The notes: generated by a model from the letters alone, not told the origin. A stretch of DNA of 64,000 nt from Acidobacteriota bacterium (GCA_965263035.1 OZ253580.1:3168001-3232000), one strand, 5' to 3'. Positions 48,456 to 58,191 are shown, counted from the stretch's first letter. Made by a program: numbers and translations.

Positions 48456-49787
48456 TTGCAGTTGATCGGTGATTTCGGGACCACTCTGCTGGCCTTCATC
48501 TTCGTCTTGGGGGTCATGATCTTCTTCCACGAGTTGGGACACTGCGCGGTTGCCAAGTTTCTGGGCATTCGCGTCGATGTGTTCTCACTCGGATTCGGCC
48601 CCCGGCTGGTGGGCTTTCGCCGTGGCGAAACCGACTACCGGGTGAGCCTGTTGCCCCTGGGCGGATACGTCAAGATGGCCGGAGAGAACTACGATGAGTC
48701 GTTGACCGGTTCCGGCGACGAGTTCCTGTCCCGCCCCAAACGGCATCGTTTCGCGGTGGCCGTTGCCGGCCCGATGATGAACATCGTCCTGGCCGTTCTC
48801 TTGTCGGCCGCCACCTACACGCTGGGGGTCCGGGTGCTCACCTACCGGTCGGGACCGGCGGAAGTGGGGGCGGTGGCTGCCGGTTCTTCTGCGGAGGCGG
48901 CGGGCGTCCAGGTTCGGGACACCATCGTGGCCATCGATGGAGACGAAGTGTCCACTTGGCAGGAAGCCGAGATCGCCATCGCCACGAGTTCCGGGCAGAG
49001 TCTTCGTCTGACTCTGGACCGGGGAGGGAACCTGATCGAAAAACGGGTTCTGGTCACCGCGGCGTCGGACCGGGGCGATATGGGCACCATCGGCGCAGAG
49101 CCCTGGATCCCCTTCATCATCACCGGCACCATCGAGGGCTCACCAGCGGAAGCCGCAGGCCTGAAACCGGGTGACGAGATCGTCGAAGTGCAGGGAAAGG
49201 ATGGTTCGGTCAACGAACCCTCCGCGGTCTCGCCGTTCGTTTCGGAACGCGAAGGAGAGGCGTTGCTTTTCAAGCTGCGGCGGGGCCAAGAGTTCCTGGA
49301 GGCCACGATCCGGCCGGAGCAGATCGAAGGAAGGGTTCTGATCGGGGTTCAGCGAGGGCCCCCCGTCCACGTCGAGAAATATGGAATCATGGAGTCCCTG
49401 GCGCGGTCGGTCCGGAGAAACGGAGAATTGATCCTGTTGACTGGTCACATCATCGGCAAGATCGTGACCGGCAAGGCCTCCCTCAGGAGCATGTCCGGGC
49501 CCATCGATATCGCCCGCTACTCGGGAATCGCCGCTTCCGGCGGAGTGGTCCCCCTGATGGGCTTCATGGCCCTGGTGTCCCTTCAACTGGGGATCCTGAA
49601 CCTCTTTCCCATCCCCATCCTGGATGGAGGCCTCATCGCCATGTTGGCCGTCGAAGGACTCATCGGCAGGGACCTCAGCGTGAAGGTGAAAGAACGGATC
49701 TTTCAAGCCGGCTTCATTTTCCTCATCCTGCTGATGGGCGTCGTACTCTTCAACGACCTCTCCAAGAATCTGCCCTTCCTCGACTGA
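48456..49787 (+). CDS. rseP: RIP metalloprotease RseP
   Basis: HELGH, PLGGYVKM, two PDZ-like segments, NLFPIPILDGG. Confidence 0.96.
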   Translation: MQLIGDFGTTLLAFIFVLGVMIFFHELGHCAVAKFLGIRVDVFSLGFGPRLVGFRRGETDYRVSLLPLGGYVKMAGENYDESLTGSGDEFLSRPKRHRFAVAVAGPMMNIVLAVLLSAATYTLGVRVLTYRSGPAEVGAVAAGSSAEAAGVQVRDTIVAIDGDEVSTWQEAEIAIATSSGQSLRLTLDRGGNLIEKRVLVTAASDRGDMGTIGAEPWIPFIITGTIEGSPAEAAGLKPGDEIVEVQGKDGSVNEPSAVSPFVSEREGEALLFKLRRGQEFLEATIRPEQIEGRVLIGVQRGPPVHVEKYGIMESLARSVRRNGELILLTGHIIGKIVTGKASLRSMSGPIDIARYSGIAASGGVVPLMGFMALVSLQLGILNLFPIPILDGGLIAMLAVEGLIGRDLSVKVKERIFQAGFIFLILLMGVVLFNDLSKNLPFLD

Positions 49788-49793
49788 TCGAGA

Positions 49794-50132
49794 TCAGTCG
49801 AAGCTGGCCACCGCTTCAGCCTCGTCTTCGAAGGTGTCGAATACGGTCAGGAGCTTGGTGATGGCCAGCAACTCTCGCGTCCTCTTGGTGAGATGGAGAA
49901 GCTTGAGCGCTCCTCCCTGATCGGCCACGTGAGTGTACGAACTCACCAGCTCGCCGATGCCGGTGCTGTCCACGGTCCGCACATCCGCCAGGTTCAAGAG
50001 TAGACTCTTCTGGCCCGATTCGACCAAACTCCGAATCGTGGTGCGGATCAGGGCGCTCTCTTCACCGATGGTGATCCTGCCCTGGATATCCAAGATCGTC
50101 ACGCCGTGTACGTTTCTGGTCCGAATGCTCAT
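49794..50132 (-). CDS. STAS domain anti-sigma factor antagonist
   Basis: LLNLADVRTVDSTGIGEL with the phosphoacceptor Ser motif. Confidence 0.9.
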   Translation of the reverse strand: MSIRTRNVHGVTILDIQGRITIGEESALIRTTIRSLVESGQKSLLLNLADVRTVDSTGIGELVSSYTHVADQGGALKLLHLTKRTRELLAITKLLTVFDTFEDEAEAVASFD

Positions 50133-50142
50133 GGTTGCCTCC

Positions 50143-50589
50143 TCATCTGGTGTGTTTAAGTCTCTTACCCATTCTCACCTCGAATCCCCCCTGAGGGAGA
50201 GTGTGATAGGTCACTTCGTCCATGAAGGTATGAACGTAGAAGACTCCCCGGCCCGAGGTATTCATCAGATTCCCGGGATCCAGAGGATCCGGCACAGAAG
50301 TCTGGTCGAAGCCGATTCCCTGATCCGAAACGGCGATCAGGAGACGGTGGCGATCGATCCGGAATCGGACGCCCACCCTCTTGCTTTCATCCAGTCGGTT
50401 TCCGTGGTGAATGGCATTGGTCACCGATTCGCGCACCGACAAACAGATCCAATGGCTGGCCTCGTCATCGAACCCGGCCATGCGAGTTACACTCAGGGAG
50501 ATTTCCTGAACCAGATCGAGGAACCGGATATCGCTCCCGAATGAAACCTCGAGTTCCTTGCGAAACCCCTTTTCCGCCAGTTTACCCAC
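50143..50589 (-). CDS. RsbW-like anti-sigma factor (HATPase_c_2)
   Basis: ESVTNAIHHGN, VSDQGIGFD, SGRGVFY...MDEV. Confidence 0.9.
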   Translation of the reverse strand: MGKLAEKGFRKELEVSFGSDIRFLDLVQEISLSVTRMAGFDDEASHWICLSVRESVTNAIHHGNRLDESKRVGVRFRIDRHRLLIAVSDQGIGFDQTSVPDPLDPGNLMNTSGRGVFYVHTFMDEVTYHTLPQGGFEVRMGKRLKHTR

Positions 50590-50744
50590 CTATTCTTGCC
50601 GTCCGCTTCCCGTTGCTCCGAATCGCACTTGGCAGATGTCCCCGCCGTAAACGACCCGTGCGACATGCGGTCTGACCTGGTTGCGCCGTGCCCGCATACG
50701 AGTAGCATACGTCGAATCTGTTCCCACGTTCCGCCTGACCACCC

Positions 50745-50793
50745 GGGCAGACCCCGGGTTCGGTGCTGCGGGGGACTTTTACCACGAACTGCC
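50745..50793. repeat. Degenerate inverted fragment of MITE family A
   Basis: GGGCAGACCCCGGGTTCGGTGCTGCGGGGGACTTTTACCACGAACTGCC aligns with the reverse complement of about 13637-13687. Confidence 0.6.
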
Positions 50794-50802
50794 GGCAGCC
50801 GG

Positions 50803-50832
50803 AAGATAAAGATGGAGCCGAATTCTTGTCAA
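50803..50832 (-). promoter_or_regulatory. Putative sigma70 promoter for the anti-sigma/STAS pair
   Basis: TTGACA-N18-TATCTT on the minus strand. Confidence 0.55.
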
Positions 50833-50913
50833 CATCGTGCCGGGAACCGTCCGGCGACGTGACGTCCTCATCGACGAACCGACAGCTCGGTTTCAGGCTT
50901 GCCCGGGGCACTC

Positions 50914-51366
50914 TCAATAGGCGTCTTTGCGGGAGTCCACGATCAGCGTCACCGGGCCGTCGTTCACCAGCGACAGCGCCATCATGGCTCCGAAGCGGCC
51001 GGTTTCGACCACCACCCCAGCCTCCCGGAGCGCCTCCGCAAGGCGCCGGTACTCCTCACGGGCTGCGGCGGGAGGAGCCGCCCGGCTGAAGCTGGGCCTG
51101 TTCCCCTTGCGGCAGTCTCCATAGAGCGTGAACTGGGAGACCAGAAGAATGGAATGCCCCGCCTCCAGCAGCGAACGGTTCATCCTGCCGGCTTCATCCG
51201 GAAAGATGCGGAGTTGAAGGATCTTCTTCCTGATGAAAGCCAGGTCTCTGTCCGTGTCGCCAGCGCCTACGGCAACCAGAACGGCCAGACCGGGGCCGAT
51301 CCGCCCTACCGTACGGCCTTCGACTTCCACCTTGGCGTTGGATACCCGCTGGATCACGACGCGCAT
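50914..51366 (-). CDS. dtd: D-aminoacyl-tRNA deacylase
   Basis: MRVVIQRVS, VSQFTL, GNRPSF, NDGPVT. Confidence 0.97.
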   Translation of the reverse strand: MRVVIQRVSNAKVEVEGRTVGRIGPGLAVLVAVGAGDTDRDLAFIRKKILQLRIFPDEAGRMNRSLLEAGHSILLVSQFTLYGDCRKGNRPSFSRAAPPAAAREEYRRLAEALREAGVVVETGRFGAMMALSLVNDGPVTLIVDSRKDAY

Positions 51367-51372
51367 GGAGAC

Positions 51373-51642
51373 TCAGTGGATGGTCGGCTCCATCCCCTTT
51401 CCCCAACGTCTCCTGAGGACTCTCTCGAAACGCGGCATGAGCAACAGGTGGAAGGTGAACTCTTTGTCCGGAAACATGCCCAGGACGGCTTTCTCAGTCC
51501 GCCGGACCATCTGCCGGGCTTCGGCCAATGTCAACCTGGGGTCCTGGTACAACACGCTGAGCGTCAGATCGACCAGAAAGCGCATGCGCCTGAGTCTCCG
51601 GTTCTCCTCTTGAATCAGATCTTCGCAATCCGAAGTGGACAT
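51373..51642 (-). CDS. Small conserved hypothetical protein (helical)
   Basis: RBS GAGG; stop 6 nt before dtd. EENRRLRRMRFLVD...LFPDK-like...PRFERVL. Confidence 0.75.
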   Translation of the reverse strand: MSTSDCEDLIQEENRRLRRMRFLVDLTLSVLYQDPRLTLAEARQMVRRTEKAVLGMFPDKEFTFHLLLMPRFERVLRRRWGKGMEPTIH

Positions 51643-51710
51643 TGCACCTCAGTTTAGCAGCCGGCGGCAAAAGTCTCGCGCCACTTCGAGGCGGCAGGGA
51701 GCGTGGGAGA

Positions 51711-51814
51711 TTGCACAAAAACGATGCAAAATGAAGGAAGTCTTCATTTGACAGCCGCTTGAATCGTGTCTTCACAAAGTTTTCCACCGGCATTTCCACA
51801 AAACCGGTGGACAA
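51711..51814. promoter_or_regulatory. DnaA-box-like cluster with adjacent TTGCA-N9-TGCAA palindrome
   Basis: GTCTTCACA (51768), TTTTCCACC (51780) and ATTTCCACA (51792) at 12-bp spacing, plus inverted GGTGGACAA (51806). Each has 1-2 mismatches to TTWTNCACA. Confidence 0.55.
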
Positions 51815-51983
51815 CCCGTCCCACCCGGGATCCTGGTCCCCGCTTCCGTTCGGTCACGGTGGTTTGCAACGATGGTAAAAAGGCGTAACTATACGAGACA
51901 GAGGATCCTTGGGGGCCGGAGTTCAGTGGGATGGACCTTGAAACGGAAGCAACGGGTCTGAGGACGATCGCGAGGCAAAGTCC

Positions 51984-53555
51984 GTGAAAGGCAGTCGATT
52001 CGGAGCGGCGTCTTCCTCCTTCGGGGCGTCGGACGTGGCCGAACTGGACTACCGCAGGGATATCGGCGAGCCTGGTTCGTACCCCTACACTCGGGGCATC
52101 TACCCGAACATGTACCGGGGACGTCTCTGGACCATGCGCCAATTCTCGGGCCATGGAAACGCCGAAGAAACGAATCGCCGGTATCGGTTCCTCATGGAGC
52201 ACGGACAGACCGGCCTCTCCGTCGCTTTCGATCTGCCGACCCTGATGGGTCTGGATTCGGATGATCCCCTCTCGGCGGGTGAAGTCGGAAAATGCGGTGT
52301 TGCCGTCGACTCCCTCCGGGACATGGAAGTCCTTTTCGATCGGATCGATCTGGCGCGGGTCAGCACCTCCATGACCATCAACGCTCCCGCGGCCGTACTC
52401 TTGGCCATGTACGTAGTGGCGGCGGAGAAACAGGGAGTTGCAGCCCAACGGATCCGGGGCACCCTCCAGAACGACATCTTGAAGGAGTACATCGCGCAGA
52501 AGGAGTGGATCTACCCTCCCGCCCCGTCCATGCGTCTGGTCGTGGATTCGATCCAGTTCTGCTCGCAGCAACTTCCCCGATACAACAGCATTTCCATCAG
52601 CGGGTACCATATTCGCGAAGCCGGCTCCACTGCGGTGCAGGAATTGGCCTTCACCCTGCGCGACGGTGTCGAATACGTGGACTGGTGCGTCCGCCGCGGA
52701 ATGGAGGTGGATGACTTCGCACCCCGCCTCTCCTTCTTCTTCAACTCCCACAACAATTTTTTCGAGGAGATCGCCAAGTTCCGGGCCGCCCGAAGGCTCT
52801 GGGCGCGGACCGTGAGAAACCGCTTTGGAGCTCGGAACGAACGCTCCTGGATGTGCCGGTTCCACACTCAGACCGCCGGTTGCACCTTGACCATGCAGCA
52901 GCCGGCCAACAACATCATCCGGACCACGCTGCAGGCGGTAGCCGCGGTGTTGGGAGGAACCAATTCTCTTCATACCAACGCCCTGGACGAGGCGTGGGCG
53001 CTTCCCACCGAGGAGACGGCCAAGCTCGCTCTTCGGACTCAACAGGTTCTGGCCTCCGAATCGGGTCTCACCGCGAGCGTGGACCCGGCGGGCGGGTCGT
53101 ATTACCTGGAGAACCTCACCTGCCAGGTCGAGGATCGGGCGGTGGAGTACATGGACAGGATCGACGGGATGGGAGGAATGATCAACGCCATCGAGGCGGG
53201 ATACCCGCAGCGCGAGATCCAGGAATCCTCCTACCGCGAGCAACGCGCCATCGAGAAAGAGGACCAGGTCGTGGTCGGCGTGAATCGCTTCGTCGCCGAA
53301 GAGCCGTCCCGGCCGGAGATTCTCCGAATCGGCCCGGAAGTGGAGAACGCTCAGGTCAGGAGCCTCCGGGCCCTGAGACGGGAGCGGAATGAGGTGAGCG
53401 TCAGCCGTGCGCTCCGCGACCTGTGCCGGGCTGCCGGGACCGACCAGAACCTGATGCCCCATCTGATTCATGCGGTGCGGGAATATGCCACCGTGGGGGA
53501 GATCTGTTCCGCCCTGAAGGAGGTCTTCGGGGTCTATCAGGAACCCTTGTTCTGA
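51984..53555 (+). CDS. Acyl-CoA mutase large subunit, isobutyryl-CoA mutase-type signature
   Basis: [66 protein letters not shown]. Confidence 0.9.
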   Translation: MKGSRFGAASSSFGASDVAELDYRRDIGEPGSYPYTRGIYPNMYRGRLWTMRQFSGHGNAEETNRRYRFLMEHGQTGLSVAFDLPTLMGLDSDDPLSAGEVGKCGVAVDSLRDMEVLFDRIDLARVSTSMTINAPAAVLLAMYVVAAEKQGVAAQRIRGTLQNDILKEYIAQKEWIYPPAPSMRLVVDSIQFCSQQLPRYNSISISGYHIREAGSTAVQELAFTLRDGVEYVDWCVRRGMEVDDFAPRLSFFFNSHNNFFEEIAKFRAARRLWARTVRNRFGARNERSWMCRFHTQTAGCTLTMQQPANNIIRTTLQAVAAVLGGTNSLHTNALDEAWALPTEETAKLALRTQQVLASESGLTASVDPAGGSYYLENLTCQVEDRAVEYMDRIDGMGGMINAIEAGYPQREIQESSYREQRAIEKEDQVVVGVNRFVAEEPSRPEILRIGPEVENAQVRSLRALRRERNEVSVSRALRDLCRAAGTDQNLMPHLIHAVREYATVGEICSALKEVFGVYQEPLF

Positions 53556-53568
53556 GGATTCAGACCGA

Positions 53569-53961
53569 ATGAGCAACCGAAGACTCAGGATCCTCATCGC
53601 CAAGCCGGGGCTCGACGGACACGACCGGGGAGCCAAGATCGTGGCCCGCGCCCTCCGCGATGCCGGAATGGAGGTCATCTATACGGGGTTGCGCCAGACT
53701 CCCGAACAGATCGTGCAGGCCGCCATCCAGGAAGACGTGGACGCCATCGGACTTTCCATCCTCTCGGGTGCTCACGAGCACCTTTTCAACCGGATCATGC
53801 AGCTTCTGGCCGACCAGGATGCCTTGGACATCCTGGTCTTCGGAGGCGGCATCATCCCGGACGAAGACATTCCCGGCCTCAAGGAGCTGGGTGTGGCCGA
53901 GATCTTTCAACCGGGATCCTCTACCCAGGACATCATCCGGTTTCTGAATCAGGCCGTCTGA
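53569..53961 (+). CDS. Acyl-CoA mutase small subunit (cobalamin-binding)
   Basis: [10 protein letters not shown] (DxHxxG), [15 protein letters not shown]. Confidence 0.95.
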   Translation: MSNRRLRILIAKPGLDGHDRGAKIVARALRDAGMEVIYTGLRQTPEQIVQAAIQEDVDAIGLSILSGAHEHLFNRIMQLLADQDALDILVFGGGIIPDEDIPGLKELGVAEIFQPGSSTQDIIRFLNQAV

Positions 53962-53999
53962 CCCCGTATCGTCGAGGCGGCGGAATCGGGGAATTCCGG

Positions 54000-55028
54000 T
54001 CAACCGGACTCACGCAGGAGCGACCGCACCGCCTCCAATACGCGGGGGACGGTGATCGACCGGATGCACATGGGCTCCTGGTAGTGAAGGCAGTAGTAAC
54101 CCGGGCAGGGAATGCATGGGAGGTCGGATCGAATCAAGCGGTGGCGGGTCCCCCACGGAGACCAGACCGGGGAGTCGGAAGACCCGAAGATGACCACCAG
54201 GGGCTTGCCCAGGGCCGCGGCGATATGGGTCGTGCCCGTGTCATTCCCCAGGTAGAGCCGGCACAGGGAGGCCAGGGCGATGAACTGGTCCAGCGGAAGC
54301 GGTCCCATGAATTGGACCGAGGCCGGAGCGGTATTCCTGAGCTCCTCCAGGAGCGGCTCCTGGCCCGGACCCGCGGTGAACACGATCGGATGACCCTCGT
54401 TCTCCAGAAGCGTCGAGGTCTCCGCATACCTGGCCGGTTCCCACTGCTTGGTCTCGAACGCGGCGCCTGGATGAATCAGGATGAAACCCGCTTCGATGGC
54501 ATGCCGGGAAAGGAGTGTCCGGACCCGGTCCAGGGCCGAGGTCTCGACCGGAACCTGGAGCGGCGGTAGGGGGTCTACCTGGAAGCCAAGATGTATGAAG
54601 GGCGAAAGCTGGTGTTCGACGGTGTGGATCGAATCCTTTCCCCAGATCTGACGCGAATCGGGTACCGATCGATTGTAGAAACGGCGGCTGCGGCTGCTGG
54701 CGTAGCCGATGCGCACGGCCGCGCCCGAAAGAGCGGTGATGAGAGCGCTGGTGGTCCCGCCATGGAGGTCAACGGTCAGGTCCGGCGAGAACCTTCGGGC
54801 CGCCCGAATGGCCAAGCTCCGGGTCATGAATTTGGATCGGCCGCGGGGGATTGTAATGATCCGATCCACGTCGGGATTGTTCGCCAGCACCTCGTGAAAC
54901 GGCGCTTCCAGGAGCACGGCGACCCGCGTTCCGGGATCTCGTTTGAGGACCGTGAGAGCCGGGGTCATCAAGACCGCGTCCCCCAGAGAGCGCAGGCGCA
55001 CGAGCAGGACGCGGGAACGGCGGGTCAT
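54000..55028 (-). CDS. Glycosyltransferase family 9 (LPS heptosyltransferase-like)
   Basis: RLRSLGDAVL, IHPGAAFETKQW, GNDTGTTHIAAAL, FGSS. Confidence 0.92.
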   Translation of the reverse strand: MTRRSRVLLVRLRSLGDAVLMTPALTVLKRDPGTRVAVLLEAPFHEVLANNPDVDRIITIPRGRSKFMTRSLAIRAARRFSPDLTVDLHGGTTSALITALSGAAVRIGYASSRSRRFYNRSVPDSRQIWGKDSIHTVEHQLSPFIHLGFQVDPLPPLQVPVETSALDRVRTLLSRHAIEAGFILIHPGAAFETKQWEPARYAETSTLLENEGHPIVFTAGPGQEPLLEELRNTAPASVQFMGPLPLDQFIALASLCRLYLGNDTGTTHIAAALGKPLVVIFGSSDSPVWSPWGTRHRLIRSDLPCIPCPGYYCLHYQEPMCIRSITVPRVLEAVRSLLRESG

Positions 55029-55231
55029 CCCCCGGCTTGTTCGGTCGCGGACGGACCTTCCGGCGGTTCGATGCTGGCCTCATCGATGAGCATCACCGGG
55101 ATATCGTCACGGATAGGGTAGACTCGGAAACAGGAACCGCACCTCAATCCGTTGCCGTCTGCAGTCAGGAGCACCTCGGTCTTGCATACCGGGCAGGCCA
55201 GGATCTCCAGCAACTCCGGGTTGATTGCCAT
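55025..55231 (-). CDS. Trm112/YcaR family protein
   Basis: LLEILACPVCK...C..C.RVYPIRDDIPVMLIDEA. Confidence 0.93.
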   Translation of the reverse strand: MAINPELLEILACPVCKTEVLLTADGNGLRCGSCFRVYPIRDDIPVMLIDEASIEPPEGPSATEQAGG

Positions 55232-55427
55232 CGGGTAAGACTACCGGCTGGGACTCGCCGGGGTCAATCCGACTCGGCCGGGGACTCCGCGGTTTCGGCA
55301 GTTCTCCCCTGAGGACGGCAATGACTGGGTGAGGCAAACAACGGCTGCGACGTGCGAGCTCCGAGAGAGTTCTCCGCTCCTCTCAAGGCCCCCAACCTCG
55401 CACGGTGCCGTTCCGGAGACTTGGCAG

Positions 55428-56185
55428 ATGAGTCGTTATACGTTCCGTGATACCGACCCGGCTGAAGTGAGACTTGCCCTTCTCGCGAAGGTCTTCGAGC
55501 CGGAGATGCGTGTGCTTCTGGCAAGGCTCCCGGAGAGACCGGTTCGGTTCGCCCTCGATCTAGATTCACTACCCGGCTTCTCATGGATGTCGTCCAACCG
55601 CAACGCGCTGTGGGAATGGATATATCCGGGAGTTACGTGCGATCGGCTCGGGCCGGATTTCCGGATCTCGAGTTCGTGGAGCACGACGTGACACAGACTC
55701 CGTTCCCCATTGAGAGCCCGGACTTCATCATTGCGCGGTTTTTGTCGACCCACCTTTCGGATCCTGAGGGCATTCTCGGAGCGTGGGCGAATGAAATGGC
55801 ACCCCGGGGTCTGGTTGCCGTCGCTGAAGTGGAGTTCATCAACATCGAACATCCCGTATTCTCGACCTATCTGTCCGTTGTGGAGAGCTTGATTGCCGAC
55901 AGCGGTGGAAAGCTCTACCTGGGACCGCGCCTGGCCGCCGCTGATCCCAAAGAGTTGCGGCGACTGTCGAGCGAGGTCTACAGGGCGCCGGTTTCTACGG
56001 GGGACGCCGCGAAAATGTTCTCGCTTAACTTGAGCGTCTGGAGGTCAGACCGTTTCGTCGTCGACAATTACGAAACCAGTTTTCTGGATGTCCTCGCCCG
56101 CCGACTCGAACAGCTCCAGGCTCAGACCTGCAGGGACAGGATCGAATGGGGGATACGCCATATTGTGTATGAACGTCTCGATTGA
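55428..56185 (+). pseudogene. Class I SAM-dependent methyltransferase, frameshifted
   Basis: Frame from ATG 55428 reads to ...RFALDL. The sequence continues in another frame as FTTRLLMDVV...VGMDIS...FVEHDVT...ARFLSTHL. The glycine-rich motif I between DL and FTT is absent. Confidence 0.8.
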
Positions 56186-56271
56186 CGGAAGCACGGCGGT
56201 GACGGCCATTGTCACGAGCCGGTGACCTCATTCGGGTTGTCCCAATCTGTCATGCGAGGCGAACGGGCCGG

Positions 56272-56835
56272 TCAGCTTCCCAGTTCTGCCGTCACCAGCT
56301 TTCGGTGCCGGGCTCCCCAACTGTGCAGTCGGCTCTCGAAAAGATGGATCTGACGGACCCAGAATGAAACCGGATTCGTCCGCTTCTCTTCCTGGTCGAG
56401 AAAGTCCGACAGCCGCTTCTGATTCCGGGAGGATTTCAGGCGAAGCAGGGTCAGGTGAGGTCTGAACTTCTTCCCCTCCCGGTCGAATCCCAGTTGTTGC
56501 AACTCGAGTTCCAGGAGCTGATGCAGACGTTCCAGATCCCCCTCTCCGGTGACACCGGCCCAGACGATACGAGGCCGTTTCCGGCTGGGGAAGGCGTCCA
56601 GGCTCCGGACCGCCAGAGGGATGGGCCGGACCTGCCGCGCGCAACGGCGAATCGCGTCTCCAAGTCCGGGGACTCGAGTCTCCTCGACGTTGCCCAGGAA
56701 TCGCAGGGTCAAGTGGATGGTGGAGACCGGCGCCAGTCTGGCGTCCAGGTCCAAGGAGCCGAGGGCGGCCGAGACGGAGCTCAAGTGGTTCTTGGCTTGG
56801 GGCGGGACTTCGACGGCGATGAAGGCACGGATCAC
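56272..56835 (-). CDS. thpR: RNA 2',3'-cyclic phosphodiesterase (2H family)
   Basis: RAFIAV, HLTLRFLG and FRPHLTL (two HxT motifs). Start GTG 56835 overlaps the cinA stop. Confidence 0.93.
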   Translation of the reverse strand: MIRAFIAVEVPPQAKNHLSSVSAALGSLDLDARLAPVSTIHLTLRFLGNVEETRVPGLGDAIRRCARQVRPIPLAVRSLDAFPSRKRPRIVWAGVTGEGDLERLHQLLELELQQLGFDREGKKFRPHLTLLRLKSSRNQKRLSDFLDQEEKRTNPVSFWVRQIHLFESRLHSWGARHRKLVTAELGS

Positions 56836-57362
56836 GTCAAATGCCTTCGGATCCAATCCAGGGCGATACGGCATGCGCCTGACCGGATCGCCTCGCGATC
56901 ACCCTCCAGCAGGAGTTTTCGGGCCCGGGTCTCCACGGAATCGGACAGGCCCAGATAGACCAGGCCCACCGGCTTTTCGGGACTTCCCCCGGAGGGGCCT
57001 GCGATCCCGGTCACCGAAATGCCCAGGTCGGCGCCGCTCCATTTCCGGACTCCCCGGGCCATCTGGCATGCGACCGCCTCGCTGACCGCGCCCCCTCGAT
57101 CCAAGGCCGCCGGACTCACCTTGAGATGCCGGGTCTTGAGGGCGTTGCTGTAGCTGATGATTCCGCCCCGGTAGAAATCGGAGCTGCCCGGAATGTCCGT
57201 CAAGAGCTTGCCCAGGTAGCCTCCCGTACACGACTCGGCGGTGGCGAGGGTCTTCCGCCGGCGTCTCAGCAAGCGTCCCACCACCGACTCGAGGGGCTCC
57301 TCCTCGTGGGTGCGATTCAAGGTTTTCGGCGCTGATCTCACGCCTTGCCGGGCGTCTGTCAT
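56832..57362 (-). CDS. CinA C-terminal / PncC nicotinamide-nucleotide amidohydrolase
   Basis: ATAESCTGG, GSSDF, GAVSE, SVTGIAGPSGG, KPVGLVY. No N-terminal molybdopterin-binding domain. Confidence 0.92.
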   Translation of the reverse strand: MTDARQGVRSAPKTLNRTHEEEPLESVVGRLLRRRRKTLATAESCTGGYLGKLLTDIPGSSDFYRGGIISYSNALKTRHLKVSPAALDRGGAVSEAVACQMARGVRKWSGADLGISVTGIAGPSGGSPEKPVGLVYLGLSDSVETRARKLLLEGDREAIRSGACRIALDWIRRHLT

Positions 57363-57366
57363 CGAC

Positions 57367-57840
57367 CTACGACGGAGCAAGGAAAGCGTAGACGATCCGC
57401 AGCAGCAGACCCGCGTAGAGGCCGGCGATCAGATCGTCACAGACGATTCCCATGCCTCCCCGGAGTCGTTCCACTTTCTTGATGGGATAGGGTTTCAGAA
57501 TGTCGAAAACGCGAAATGCCACGAAGCCCATGATCAGGAACGTCCACGAAAATGGAACCCAGAGCAGGCAGAAAATCTGTCCTACCACCTCGTCGATGAC
57601 GACGTGCGCAGGGTCGTGCCTGGCCTCCCGGCGGGCGACGCGTTCCGATGCCCAGATGCTGACGGGTAGAAGCAGCACGAGGGCCGCGCCGAGTTGCAGC
57701 GTGGCCGAGTCGGAAGCCCGGTGCAGCAGGGCGACGGCTCCGGCTGTGACCAGCGAGGCGAATGTCCCGGGAATGTACGGGACGTACCCAATACCGAGCG
57801 CGGTGCCCAGGGCGTTGGCAAGCCGACCGTTCTCACGCAT
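57367..57840 (-). CDS. pgpA: Phosphatidylglycerophosphatase A
   Basis: PGTFAS, HDPAHVVIDEVVG, FRVFDILKPYPI, GIVCDDLIAG. Start placed at ATG 57840. Confidence 0.95.
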   Translation of the reverse strand: MRENGRLANALGTALGIGYVPYIPGTFASLVTAGAVALLHRASDSATLQLGAALVLLLPVSIWASERVARREARHDPAHVVIDEVVGQIFCLLWVPFSWTFLIMGFVAFRVFDILKPYPIKKVERLRGGMGIVCDDLIAGLYAGLLLRIVYAFLAPS

Positions 57841-58006
57841 TCTTCTCTTCCATGTCCTTCCCGGTCTGTCGGACGATTCGATATTCTCCACCCAGCCAAC
57901 GGCCCAGGTCCACGAACCTGCAGCGCTCACTGCAGAAGGGAGATTCGGGGTCATCCCTTTTCACGCTTCGTTTACAGATGGGGCACTTGGAGCTTGCTCG
58001 ACTCAT
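57833..58006 (-). CDS. yacG: DNA gyrase inhibitor YacG (57 aa)
   Basis: Manual translation: MSRASSKCPICKRSVKRDDPESPFCSERCRFVDLGRWLGGEYRIVRQTGKDMEEKNA*. CPxC...PFCSxRC...DLGxW..EYxI signature. Not in the ORF track. Confidence 0.92.
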   Translation of the reverse strand: MSRASSKCPICKRSVKRDDPESPFCSERCRFVDLGRWLGGEYRIVRQTGKDMEEKNA

Positions 58007-58032
58007 GTCCTGAACCTTCTATTCGAACCTGG

Positions 58033-58191
58033 GAGCCTGCGCCGCAGAAATTGAGCTACTGCGAAAGCGGTAGAATCGGTCCATATTTCCCCGATTTCTC
58101 GGCGAATAGAACAACTATGCACCTCAAAATCGAGAAAATCCGGCCTCGATTCCCCACTTTCTCGCTACGATCATTTCTACCGCGCAGACTC
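58033..58191. mobile_element. MITE-like element, family B, copy 2 (159 bp)
   Basis: Same orientation as 44460-44618, about 2 substitutions, flanked by CTGG direct repeats. Confidence 0.85.

Noticed and set aside
55025-56185. Trm112 protein as activator of the adjacent methyltransferase
   Set aside because: The Trm112/YcaR gene overlaps the GT9 gene, a usual LPS context. The methyltransferase is divergent and broken.
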